A stretch of DNA of 62,712 bases, counting the filler. It is 7 parts of 7 records of this genome, joined end to end, with 100 filler letters (N's around TTAATTAATTAA, not from the genome) between each part and the next. Parts side by side here need not be neighbours in the genome. Positions count along the whole stretch, not along the records: positions 1 to 16,935 come from SRR31156797_47229; positions 17,036 to 25,490 come from SRR31156797_47464; 5 more parts are not named here. One strand, given 5' to 3'. This document shows, piece after piece, positions 8,813 through 18,570 of this stretch (the first letter of the stretch is position 1; each line of letters opens with the position of its first letter). The notes under the pieces are model-generated. The model did not search any database. It was not told the DNA's origin and saw only the letters and a list, made by a program, of their open reading frames with translations. A program made the position numbers and the translations under genes.

Positions 8813-11365
8813 ATGAAGAACAAAAAACCATATTTCCCCTTTGTGGTCGATTACAAACCGCGATTTCTCCTCAACTGGATTCTTTTCAAATTGTTCAAAC
8901 GGGTCCGTTATAACGAGAGCATGGCCCTGAAATTAAAAACAATGCACCGGGAAGGAACGGTGGTTTACGCCGTAAAATATCAGGGACGTCTGGATTATCT
9001 ACTTTACCACTACCGTTATTTAACCAGCCGCCTGCCCTACCCTAAAATCGCCTTCAACCTCAACATGGCCCTTGTCCTTCCCCTGGCCCAACTCTTCAAG
9101 GTCTTTAAATTCTATCTGTCCGGTCTTCTCAGTGAAGGCCGCTTTCCAAGCCCTTTCAAAACGGGTTTTTTTGAAAAAGCCATTTCTGAAGGGACCTCCG
9201 CGCTGGTCTGTCTGGTGGATCCCGTTGGATTCACAAGGCATTTCATCTACTCCGAAAAGGACCCCCTGGCTTTTTTGCTGGAAACCCAGGAAAAGATGGA
9301 TCGGCCCATCTTTGTGGTTCCCCAGTTGATTCTTTACAAAATGACCCCTGAAAAAAGCCGTCAAAACCTGTTTGATATTTTTTTCGGTTTTAAGGACAGG
9401 ATCGGTTTTCCCAGAAAAATCATCCTCTTTTTCAGACATAACCGTCGTGCGTTTATCGATTTTGGCGAGCCCATCAACCTGAAAGAATACCTGGCAAACA
9501 AACCCGATGATGTCTTACCCCAAGAGATGACGGCCCACGTCAGAAAAACACTGCTTGAAAGTATTGATCAGCAAAAACGGGTGATCCTCGGGCCGGTTAT
9601 AAAATCGAGAGATCAGTTCAGAGAAACCGTTTTACGCGACCGTAACATCATCGAAGCCATCAAGAAAAATGCCTCTGAAAAGAAAACCGGCATGAAACAG
9701 AGCAAGAAAAAAGCGGTCGCCTATTTCGATGAAATCGCCGCGGATTTCAACATTGCCTACATAGAATTCTCCTTTATTGTATTGCGCTGGGTCTGGAAAA
9801 AGATGTTCCAGGGCATCGATTTGAACCCGGAAGAGCTGGCCAATGTCAGAGAATGGAGTCGAAAAGGACCGGTGATCTATGTGCCTTCACATAAGAGTCA
9901 TGTGGACTATCTGGTTCTCAATTATGTCCTTTACGTGAACCATCTCCACATTCCCAGAACCGCCGCAGGCAAAAACCTCGCCTTCTGGCCCCTGGGAAAT
10001 TTCTTTAGAAAAACGGGAGCCTTCTTCATTCGAAGAACGTTTAAGGGTGCCAAGCTCTATTCAATGGTTTTTTCACGTTATATTAAGGCGCTCCTTCACG
10101 AGAACACCCCTCTGGAGTTTTTTATCGAGGGCGGCAGAAGCCGGAGCGGAAAGCTGATCCTGCCGAAAATCGGGTTCCTCTCAATCCTCGTCGACGCCTA
10201 CCGGGAGAAATATTGCAAGGACCTCATCTTTGTCCCCGTATCGATTGTGTATGATCGGATTCTGGAGGAACAGGCCTATTTGAAAGAACTGGGCGGGGGC
10301 AAAAAGGAAGCGGAGAACCTGCAACAGGTTGTGGGTGTCAGACGGTTCCTGAAAAAGAAATATGGTAAAATCTACATCCGTTTTGGTCAGCCCACTTCCT
10401 TCAAGCAATATTTGGCTGAAAAACCGAACCTGGAAGACAAAAGGCATAAACACCTGGCCTTTCACATCATCAGAAGCATCAACAACGCCACCCTGGTGAC
10501 ACCCATGGCCATTACGGCTTCGGCGATCCTGGCCAAACACCGCAGAGGCTTTCAAATCCATGAGATCATGGAAACCGCCGAAAGCTTTCTAACGTTCATT
10601 AAAACACGCGGAACACCCGTTGCCGATTCATTTCAACAATGTGAAAACGCCATTGAAGAAACCCTGAGTCTTTTGCTGAAAAGCCATGTTCTGGAAACCA
10701 TCAAGGATGTGGATGATACCGAGAAATTTTATTTTGCAAAAGAAGGGAAAATGCCTGAACTGGAGTACTACAAAAACAGCATTATCCACTATTTCATACC
10801 CCATGCCTTTGTCTCCCTATCGCTACTGACCGGAAACCGGGAAATCACGCCCCGTGAAGATGTGATCGTGGACTATGCCTTCCTTAAAAACGTTTTCAGG
10901 TATGAATTCATTTTTGAAGAAGAGACCCAACCCCCTGATGAGGAAGTCAACCGCATCCTGGATTATTTTTTTCAGACATCCCTTCTGGTCAAAAGCGAGG
11001 TCAGGGCGGGCTACAGTCTCACCCGGTCCGGCCTTGAACAAACAATGGTCTGGGCCAATCTGGCGAAAACATTCCTTGAATCCTACTGGATCGCAACGCG
11101 GGGTATTATTAAACGCCAGAAAGATGGTAAAAAGCGCTCGGACATGCTGAAAAGCATGACCTACCTGGGACAGCGCTATCGCAGGTTGGGGCTCATAGAC
11201 CATCTTGAAGCGGTTTCACAGATCTCTTTCAAAAACGCAATCCGCATGATCGGGGAAGACTTCCCACTGGCCGCGGACAAATCCGAAGAAGAACGGCGGC
11301 ATACCTGCGAGAACCTTGGCCTGTTCAGTAAACGGTTACATCAATTTTCCCAATACAATAAATAG
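8813..11365 (+). CDS. plsB: Glycerol-3-phosphate acyltransferase (PlsB-like)
   Basis: HKSHVD (HxxxxD), GAFFIRR, FFIEGGRSRSGK blocks; start uncertain. Confidence 0.85.
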   Translation: MKNKKPYFPFVVDYKPRFLLNWILFKLFKRVRYNESMALKLKTMHREGTVVYAVKYQGRLDYLLYHYRYLTSRLPYPKIAFNLNMALVLPLAQLFKVFKFYLSGLLSEGRFPSPFKTGFFEKAISEGTSALVCLVDPVGFTRHFIYSEKDPLAFLLETQEKMDRPIFVVPQLILYKMTPEKSRQNLFDIFFGFKDRIGFPRKIILFFRHNRRAFIDFGEPINLKEYLANKPDDVLPQEMTAHVRKTLLESIDQQKRVILGPVIKSRDQFRETVLRDRNIIEAIKKNASEKKTGMKQSKKKAVAYFDEIAADFNIAYIEFSFIVLRWVWKKMFQGIDLNPEELANVREWSRKGPVIYVPSHKSHVDYLVLNYVLYVNHLHIPRTAAGKNLAFWPLGNFFRKTGAFFIRRTFKGAKLYSMVFSRYIKALLHENTPLEFFIEGGRSRSGKLILPKIGFLSILVDAYREKYCKDLIFVPVSIVYDRILEEQAYLKELGGGKKEAENLQQVVGVRRFLKKKYGKIYIRFGQPTSFKQYLAEKPNLEDKRHKHLAFHIIRSINNATLVTPMAITASAILAKHRRGFQIHEIMETAESFLTFIKTRGTPVADSFQQCENAIEETLSLLLKSHVLETIKDVDDTEKFYFAKEGKMPELEYYKNSIIHYFIPHAFVSLSLLTGNREITPREDVIVDYAFLKNVFRYEFIFEEETQPPDEEVNRILDYFFQTSLLVKSEVRAGYSLTRSGLEQTMVWANLAKTFLESYWIATRGIIKRQKDGKKRSDMLKSMTYLGQRYRRLGLIDHLEAVSQISFKNAIRMIGEDFPLAADKSEEERRHTCENLGLFSKRLHQFSQYNK

Positions 11366-11432
11366 CAGTGTCCATCAAAAAATGATCAATCTGCGGACGA
11401 ACCGTAAAATTGAAAGAGCCGTCTACAATTTG

Positions 11433-12737
11433 ATGCTTGCGAATTTAATTCCCCAACCTGTAAAGTTTTTGGTTAAAACGCTCCAACGGGCGGATCATTC
11501 CGCCTATGTGGTGGGCGGCGCCGTCAGAGATCTCTGTTTAAGGCGGCCGGTAACCGACTGGGATCTAAGCACCTCAGCGTCGGTTCGGACTATCCGGAAA
11601 ATTTTCAGGAATACCCCCCATTACACACTGGGAGGTGCCACGGTCGCCATTATGGTCGGGGGCCGGCCTTATGAAATCACCCCATTCCGGGGCCGATCCA
11701 ACACTCTGGGGGAAGACCTTGAAAAAAGAGACCTGACCATCAATGCCATGGCCCTGGACCCTTTAACCGGAAGGCTGTTTGATCCCCACAATGGCCGCGG
11801 GGATTTGCGAAACAAAATCATTCGGGCAGTTGAAAACCCGGACAATCGTTTCCGGGAAGATCCTCTGAGACTACTGAGGGCCGTTCGTCTGGCCGCCCAA
11901 CTGGACTTTAAGATCCATAAAGAGACTTTCTCCGCAATGTCATCTCTGGCCCCCCTGCTTTCGACCGTGGCGCCGGAACGGATCCGGGAAGAGCTGCTGA
12001 AAATTCTCATGGTCCAAAACCCCTCCAAAAACTTCAACACCCTCATAAGAACCGGGCTTATCAAAACCTTCATGCCGGAGCTTCTGGAAGGGCACCTCAA
12101 AAGACAAAACAGGTATCATCGTTACACCATCTTAAAACATACGCTAAAAACCGTGGACCATGTGAAGCCCGACCCATTGCTGCGGGTGACGGCCCTCCTA
12201 CACGACATCGCAAAGCCCCGCATCCGATTTAAGAAAGATGGCATCTGGCGGTTTCACGGCCACGAAAAAGCGAGCGCCCTGCTCGCCGAAGAGATCATGA
12301 AACGATTGAAATTCAGCAACAACATGATCCGGGATGTGACCCATCTGATCAAAAACCATTTGATCGGATACAACTCCCAGTGGACCGACGCGGCCGTTCG
12401 GCGGCTGATTAAACGGGTTGGAAGCGACTTCATCGGGGACCTGGTGGTTTTTCGCAAAGCCGATATTCTGGCCCATGGAAAGGATATCGGGAATCAGGAT
12501 CTACTCTCTCAACTGGAGGGGAGGATCCGGGCGCAACTTTCATCGTCCCCCCCCATCCATGTGTCTGACCTGGCCATCGACGGCAAGGCCGTTATGTCAT
12601 CCACGGGGCTTTCCCCCGGCCCGGCCGTGGGAAAGATATTGAATGAACTCTGCGATGTGGTCCTTGAACATCCCCAATTGAATCGAAAAGAAAGGCTCCT
12701 GGAGATCATCAAAGACAAAGGGATGATTATTTTCTGA
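11433..12737 (+). CDS. Class II tRNA nucleotidyltransferase with HD domain (probably CC-adding)
   Basis: VGGAVRD, DWD, RDLTINAMA, EDPLR, LLHDIAKP; start approximate. Confidence 0.88.
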   Translation: MLANLIPQPVKFLVKTLQRADHSAYVVGGAVRDLCLRRPVTDWDLSTSASVRTIRKIFRNTPHYTLGGATVAIMVGGRPYEITPFRGRSNTLGEDLEKRDLTINAMALDPLTGRLFDPHNGRGDLRNKIIRAVENPDNRFREDPLRLLRAVRLAAQLDFKIHKETFSAMSSLAPLLSTVAPERIREELLKILMVQNPSKNFNTLIRTGLIKTFMPELLEGHLKRQNRYHRYTILKHTLKTVDHVKPDPLLRVTALLHDIAKPRIRFKKDGIWRFHGHEKASALLAEEIMKRLKFSNNMIRDVTHLIKNHLIGYNSQWTDAAVRRLIKRVGSDFIGDLVVFRKADILAHGKDIGNQDLLSQLEGRIRAQLSSSPPIHVSDLAIDGKAVMSSTGLSPGPAVGKILNELCDVVLEHPQLNRKERLLEIIKDKGMIIF

Positions 12738-12812
12738 TAATTCCGGAACACGGGCCCGTTGTTTCAAAACCGGATCAACCCATTTCCCTTATGGGAAATG
12801 AGTTGAAGCCTT

Positions 12813-14021
12813 TTAACCACGCGCCCGAGGAACCGGACTTTCTGAAACAGATCGCCAGAGAGCGCGAATAGCCCTCCAATTGTCCAAATCCGTACCATAG
12901 GAAATCCGGATATAAGTGGGCATCTCCCAATCCTTACCGCCGGCCACGAGAACATTTTGTTCCGCCATTCTTTCGACAATGATATCCGCATCCATGTGAA
13001 CATCGACCATAACGAAGGGGCCGGCCCCGATCACATGGGAAAATCCGAGTACCGGGAGCCATTCTTCATAAAAAGAGAGGGTTTTCCGTGCCTGCTCAAC
13101 AGATCTGGCAACAAACCGGGTATCCCTGAGAGCTGCCATTGCACCATAAAACCCTGAGGTATTCATGCTCAGGAAATCTTCGGCAAATTTTTGAAGGCGA
13201 CGGATAACATAAGGATGTGCGACACCATACCCGATTCTCAGCCCGGCGAGCCCATATACTTTTGAAAATGTTCGCGTAACGAGCACGTTTTCATAACCCC
13301 TCTGAATAAGGTCGAGCCCGTATTCCTGATCATCCCCCAAAAAATGAATGTATGCTTCATCTATCAACAACAGGACCGATGGCGGAAGCGAATCGGCCAT
13401 GTACTTCAATTGTTGGTAATTCAGCCAGGCACCGGTTGGGTTATTGGGATTTACCAAATATAAGAACCGTGTTCGGGAATCAACCCTTGCCAACAACCCA
13501 TCAACATCATACTGCCAGCGGCCTTCATGGTCGATGATGTGGTCTACCTTCCTGCTTGTAAGCCCTAGATTTTCCCAAAAAAACAAAGGTAGTTCAAAGG
13601 TTTCCCTGGTGGACACAAAATTTCCACCCGTTTCATAATACGGCAAAGGAACCGTGCAAAGGACCTCCCATGATCCTGTGCCCAGAAGAATCATATCCCG
13701 TGAAATACCATGGTGTTGGACCAGGGCACTGTACAACTTTTCAATTGAGGGATATAAATAAGCATTCGAACGATGGAGATTTTTCATGACCGCCAGCATG
13801 GCCTTCGGAGAAGGACCAAAAGGATTTTCATTCATATTGAGTCTGACCGCATGATCCCTCGTGCCATCCATATGGGGCGAAGCAAGCGTCTCCTGCACAT
13901 TATGGAAGAAAAACGGCGTCGCCGCGACTGATCCCAGCGCGGCACCCAGGAAATTGCGACGTGTGATGGGCTTATGCTCTTTGTTTGGTTTCGTTTTAAT
14001 CGTAACGCCTCCTGTTTTCAT
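12813..14021 (-). CDS. HisC-like class I/II PLP aminotransferase with a Tat signal peptide
   Basis: TRRNFLG twin-arginine motif; LNMNENPFGPS, NPNNPTG, IDEAY, TFSKVYGLAGLRIGY; AAGGAG before ATG 14021. Confidence 0.85.
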   Translation of the reverse strand: MKTGGVTIKTKPNKEHKPITRRNFLGAALGSVAATPFFFHNVQETLASPHMDGTRDHAVRLNMNENPFGPSPKAMLAVMKNLHRSNAYLYPSIEKLYSALVQHHGISRDMILLGTGSWEVLCTVPLPYYETGGNFVSTRETFELPLFFWENLGLTSRKVDHIIDHEGRWQYDVDGLLARVDSRTRFLYLVNPNNPTGAWLNYQQLKYMADSLPPSVLLLIDEAYIHFLGDDQEYGLDLIQRGYENVLVTRTFSKVYGLAGLRIGYGVAHPYVIRRLQKFAEDFLSMNTSGFYGAMAALRDTRFVARSVEQARKTLSFYEEWLPVLGFSHVIGAGPFVMVDVHMDADIIVERMAEQNVLVAGGKDWEMPTYIRISYGTDLDNWRAIRALWRSVSESPVPRARG

Positions 14022-14067
14022 TTCTCGCGATCTCCTTACAAATCGCAAGTCCCTTTCGAATCCCTCC

Positions 14068-14166
14068 TTCATTTTTAACCGGCCGGTTGCCTTCCCAGCG
14101 CCATACACTCCGATCCCTATTGACGAAAAAGCCATTATTACCATATACTTCATGGCTAAAAAAGGA
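14068..14166 (+). repeat. About 100-bp imperfect direct repeat, copy 1 (copy 2 at 15523-15622); contains TTGACG-N18-TATACT
   Basis: Direct visual alignment of the two segments. Confidence 0.9.
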
Positions 14167-14191
14167 TTTTAACCATGAGATCGGCTCCGGA

Positions 14192-15106
14192 TCATTGGTG
14201 GGGTACCAGCTCGATTTCATAAACCTTCGGCCAACATTTCCCCGTAACAAATATACGACCGGTCTCCTCATCGTAAGCGATACCGTTTAGAACGAATGGA
14301 TCTTTAAGAACGGTCGGATCCGGGTTAATCCCGCTCATATCTATCCAGCCGACCACGGCGCCCGTATCCGGAGCGATCCTTGCGATAAGTGCCGTCTTAA
14401 AAATATTGGCGTAGACCTCGCCATCGATATATTCAAGCTCGTTCAGGCTGCCCACGGGGCCCACAGGATCGGAAACAACCACGTATCGTGTTGCCGCCAT
14501 GGTTTCAGGATCAACAAAGATCAAAGCGGCCGATCCGTTACTCATGATGAGCTGAGTCCCATTGTCTGTGAGGCCCCAGCCCTGGTGCTGAAAGGAAAAG
14601 GCCCTTTTCAACTGGAAATCATCCTTTTGATACGCAAACCCGATACATGACTTGTAGGTTAACTGGAAAATTTCGTTGCCCAGGACCGTAATGCCCTCTC
14701 CAAAATGGGGGGGCGCCAGGTCGTGCCTCCTTTGGATCCCTCCCGTCCGAATATCAACAGCCGTCAGTCTGGACTGATCCCATAATCCGGCACTTTCATA
14801 GAAGAGACCGTCTTCCACTGTCAAGCCTTCGGTGAAAGAGGTTTCATCATGGTCAAACTCATTGAGCACCCTGTAGCTGTACACAGGAATCTCTTTTTGG
14901 GTCAGGATATCGTCATACCGCTCATTTTCCCAGGCCCCGGCCCTTTCGATCGCCGCTTCTCTCGGGCTTATGTAATGGGCGACTACCCTGATGTCTTTGT
15001 TGCAGCCCATGAGCATGAAAGAGAGTAGAAAGCAGCCCATCACACAGATACCACACACCTTTTTTTTAAATAAGCATCCAATCCGACTCAAATCGAATCT
15101 TTTCAT
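14192..15106 (-). CDS. Glutaminyl-peptide cyclotransferase (bacterial/plant type), probable lipoprotein
   Basis: FTEGL, YESAG, FGEGIT, QGWGLT, LNELEY, LNGIAYD, TGKCWP motifs; LMGC lipobox; AGGAG before ATG 15106. Confidence 0.9.
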   Translation of the reverse strand: MKRFDLSRIGCLFKKKVCGICVMGCFLLSFMLMGCNKDIRVVAHYISPREAAIERAGAWENERYDDILTQKEIPVYSYRVLNEFDHDETSFTEGLTVEDGLFYESAGLWDQSRLTAVDIRTGGIQRRHDLAPPHFGEGITVLGNEIFQLTYKSCIGFAYQKDDFQLKRAFSFQHQGWGLTDNGTQLIMSNGSAALIFVDPETMAATRYVVVSDPVGPVGSLNELEYIDGEVYANIFKTALIARIAPDTGAVVGWIDMSGINPDPTVLKDPFVLNGIAYDEETGRIFVTGKCWPKVYEIELVPHQ

Positions 15107-15290
15107 TTCCCACTCCTTTTGCACATGAAGAAATACGGCCATCAGTACAGCCGAACTCTGGAAGAGAGTTAACCCATTATCCCCTTGACCATCCGCAGCC
15201 CATTCTTTATACTCCAAAAACTTTAAATGGGTATACGAAATGGTACGCCCTGCTTTTCAATTCGGCGGAGAAAAAAGCGATTTCATTTAA

Positions 15291-15485
15291 GAAAAATCGA
15301 GCCAGGAACTGCTCGACTCGGCCCTCGAATTCTGCAATGCATCCAATGATTTCTGGGAACAGGGAGATCTGGATAATGCCATTGATGCACTGGACGAATC
15401 CTATGCCATCATATTGAAAATTGATCCTAACAAATCACCGGAAACCCAGCAACAGATAGATGATTTGCGGTTCACCATTTCCCAA
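15291..15485 (+). pseudogene. Start-less gene fragment resembling the N-terminal region of Desulfobacterota MltD/LysM lytic transglycosylases
   Basis: Reads SQELLDSALEFCNASNDFWEQGDLDNAIDALDESYAIILKIDP...QQQIDDLRFTISQ after an in-frame TAA; family recognised from memory only. Confidence 0.55.
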
Positions 15486-15622
15486 CCGCCGGCATGGCCT
15501 TTGGAGAAGGGCCAAAAGGATTTTCATTTTTCACAGGCCGGTTGCCTTCGCAGCACCATAAACTCCGATCCCTAATTGACGCAAAAGCCATTATCACCAT
15601 ATACTTCACGGCTAAGAAAGGA
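15485..15622 (-). pseudogene. Internally deleted remnant copy of the hisC-like gene 5' region and its upstream DNA
   Basis: 15485-15528 matches 13789-13832 (3 mismatches in 44 nt); 15523-15622 matches 14068-14166. Confidence 0.8.
15576..15605 (+). promoter_or_regulatory. Putative sigma70 promoter of the NCS2 permease
   Basis: TTGACG-N18-TATACT, 135 bp upstream of ATG 15740. Confidence 0.55.
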
Positions 15623-15739
15623 CTTCTGATCCATATTCAATGCTTTCGCCTGAAAGTGAGGAGGGTTTTCCCGATTTCCAGAATGGGATACTGAAATATG
15701 CATAACAGGAAAATCCCCCGAAAATTGAGAAAGGCATAA

Positions 15740-16935
15740 ATGACGGCAGGGTTTCTGGAACGCATATTCAAGCTCAAAGAAAACGGCACCCATGTAAAAA
15801 GGGAACTCTCGGCGGGACTGGCCACCTTTTTAACAATGGCCTATATCATCGTTGTAAATCCCCACCTTCTCGAAAAGGCCGGGATGCCGTTTTCAGGCGT
15901 TTTGTTTGCCACGGTTCTGGTCAGCTCCCTCAGTTCCATGGCCATGGGGCTTTACGCCAATCTCCCATATGCGGTTGCACCCGGCATGGGGATCAACGCG
16001 TTTTTTGCCTATCATCTGGTGGTGGGCATGGGGATCAGCTGGCAAACAGCCCTGGGAGGCGTGTTTATTGCCGGCATCGTATTCATTGTCCTTTCCATGA
16101 CCCGGGCAAGGACGGAAATCGTCAAGGCCATTCCCCCTTCCATCCGGCTTGGCATGGCCGCGGGAATCGGTGTGTTTTTATCCCTGATCGGCTTTAGCAG
16201 TGTGGGGTTTGTGGTTCCGTCCCAGGCTACTACCGTGGCTTTCGGCGGGTTCAATGCCACCACCATCCTCTTTTTGGCGGGCCTTTTCGGAACGGCCGTT
16301 CTTGTGTCAAAAAAAATCCGGGGCGCTTTCACCCTCAGTATTGTGGGAATGTCCCTTCTGCATCTGGCGGTTTCCCAACTGGGCCCATGGATGGGATGGC
16401 AGGGGGCGCCCCCCGTATCCGTACCGGAGAATGTCTTTTCCCTCCCCACAACCGACTGCCTGTTTCATCTGGATATTCAGGGAGCCCTGAAAATCGGTAT
16501 GATTCTGCCGGTCTTCGCTCTCTTGTTCGTGGATCTCTTCGATTCCATCGGAACATTCGTGGGCGTCTCCGAAGTGGCCGGATTTGTGGAAAAAGACGGC
16601 GCCCCAACCCGGATGGGTAAAGCACTGTTGGTGGACGCTTTTGCCACAACCGTTTCCGGACTGTTTGGGACCTCCGCGGGCACCGTGTATGTGGAATCCG
16701 TGGCGGGCATCAAAGAAGGGGGGCGAACCGGTCTGACCGTGGTAACAACGGGGCTGCTCTTTTTGCCCTTCATGTTCGTCTCTCCGCTGCTCTCTTTCGT
16801 GCCGGCCGTTGCCACGGCCCCGGTTCTGGTGTTGGCGGGGATCTTCATGACACGGCCCCTTCTCCGAATCGACTGGGAAAATTTTGAAGAAGCTTTTCCC
16901 GCCTTTCTGACCTTCGTTCTGATCCCCCTGACCTT
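15740..16935 (+). CDS. NCS2/AzgA-type purine permease (3' truncated at contig end)
   Basis: RELSAGLATFLTMAYIIVVNP, APGMGINAFF, YVESVAGIKEGGRTGLT. Confidence 0.92.
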
Positions 16936-17035
16936 NNNNNNNNNNNNNNNNNNNNNNNNNNNNNNNNNNNNNNNNNNNNTTAATTAATTAANNNNNNNNN
17001 NNNNNNNNNNNNNNNNNNNNNNNNNNNNNNNNNNN
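16936..17035. other. Artificial contig spacer (N44-TTAATTAATTAA-N44)
   Basis: N-run with a six-frame stop linker; abrupt GC shift across it. Confidence 0.98.
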
Positions 17036-18496
17036 AATATTTCCTATCATCTCACCCATTGAAGCAAGTTTTGATTGTTCGTATAAAAGTTTCTCTTTCT
17101 TTTTTATATCTGTGATATCTTGAAGAGTTAGTAAAATCTCATCTTTTGAGTTCATGGTAAGAGCAGTAATTGTAAAATCATAAATAATACCTTTATACTC
17201 TAAAGTTACATAATGATCCTCTTTTGAGTGTTCAGTAAGATAATTTGCCCACTGTGTTTTATAGATCTGCTTTAACTCCTGATCAAAAGGCTGTGCATCA
17301 ACACTTAAGAAAAATTCACAAATACATTTATATTTTTCTTTAAATTCATCTAAGGTATTAAATCCAAAAAACTCTAAAAATGTTTTATTTCCACTCATTA
17401 TTTCTGAGTCTTTAGTTACAAGGATAATACTTGGATTGGTGTCTAAAATAGTTTGAATATATTGTTTCTCGTTATGGAGTTCTTTTGTTCTTGTTTTTAC
17501 TTTTGTATCAAGTTCTAAGGTGTGTTTTGAGACAATTAGATAATACCCTATCAATGCTAATACTAAAAGGATCATCGCGATATAAAAGATCATATTTGAT
17601 TTGATATATTCCACATCATCCATTTGTAAAGTATCTAAAGATTTAAATGCAACAATTGTCCCCATAGGATACCCAAAGATATCAGGAATATTATAAATCA
17701 CTATAAAAAGATTGTTTTTTTCATCTAATCTGTAATGTTCATACTGATTAAAAAAACTCCCTACTCCCTTTTTTTGTAAATACTCCAAGAAATATGGTTT
17801 TGCATTAACATTTGCCACATAATAGTCATCGATAAATATTTTTGTTAAGGCTTTATCTAACTGTTGTCTATATTTCTTATCTACTAACACAACACAATCG
17901 ATTTCATCACTTGTTTTTAAGGTTTCTGATATGGAGTTAAAATGGGTAATAATCTCAAAAATACCAATAAACTCATTTTTATCATAAATTGGAACCATTG
18001 ATTTAAAGGTCATATCAAATCGACCTGTGCTAATTGTGTTCATCACCCTTGGAGAATCTATCATCTTTGAGATATCCATTCTTGAATTTTTAATAGGATC
18101 ACCCCGTTTAGCAGTCCAGCTCCTAAAAAATGAAATACCCTCTTTTGTAGTTATTTGAAACCAAGCATTTTTTAAACTAGTTGTTTGTGAAAGGTCTTTT
18201 GCAAACTCTTCTAGTTCTAAAAGCGATATATCGTTACTTCTTAAAGCCTGTATCAAAGAATAGTTTTTTGAGTATGCCAAAGCGATCGAATAAGTGAGTT
18301 CTTGCTTATTTAAAATAGTTTGTTTAATCTCTTGTTTTATATTTTCTGCATAAAGTTTATATTTTTCATTTTTTAAAACTTCTGTTTTGTTTTGAGTGAT
18401 CTTATCTGAAGCAATAAAAACTATAATAGCAACAACAAAAATAATCCCCAATACTTTAAAATCATACAGTCTATTTTCTGTCATTTTCATTGTCAC
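17036..18496 (-). CDS. Cache + PAS sensor histidine kinase (3' truncated)
   Basis: Two TMs flanking a periplasmic domain, a PAS domain, and EQSKLASMGEMIGNI leading into the H-box. Confidence 0.85.
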
Positions 18497-18570
18497 ACAT
18501 CTCCGTTCTTATCATTATTTATTATATGACAAAAACTTTAAAAACCTTATAATATTACTACTACTTATAT

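Noticed and set aside
15620-15740. Possible purine riboswitch upstream of the NCS2 permease
   Set aside because: The purine aptamer core (TATAAT...GG...GTTTCTACC...CCGTAAA...GACTA) is not present.
16980-16991. Recurring TTAATTAATTAA palindrome
   Set aside because: Always centred in N-runs; an artificial linker, not a biological repeat or CRISPR.
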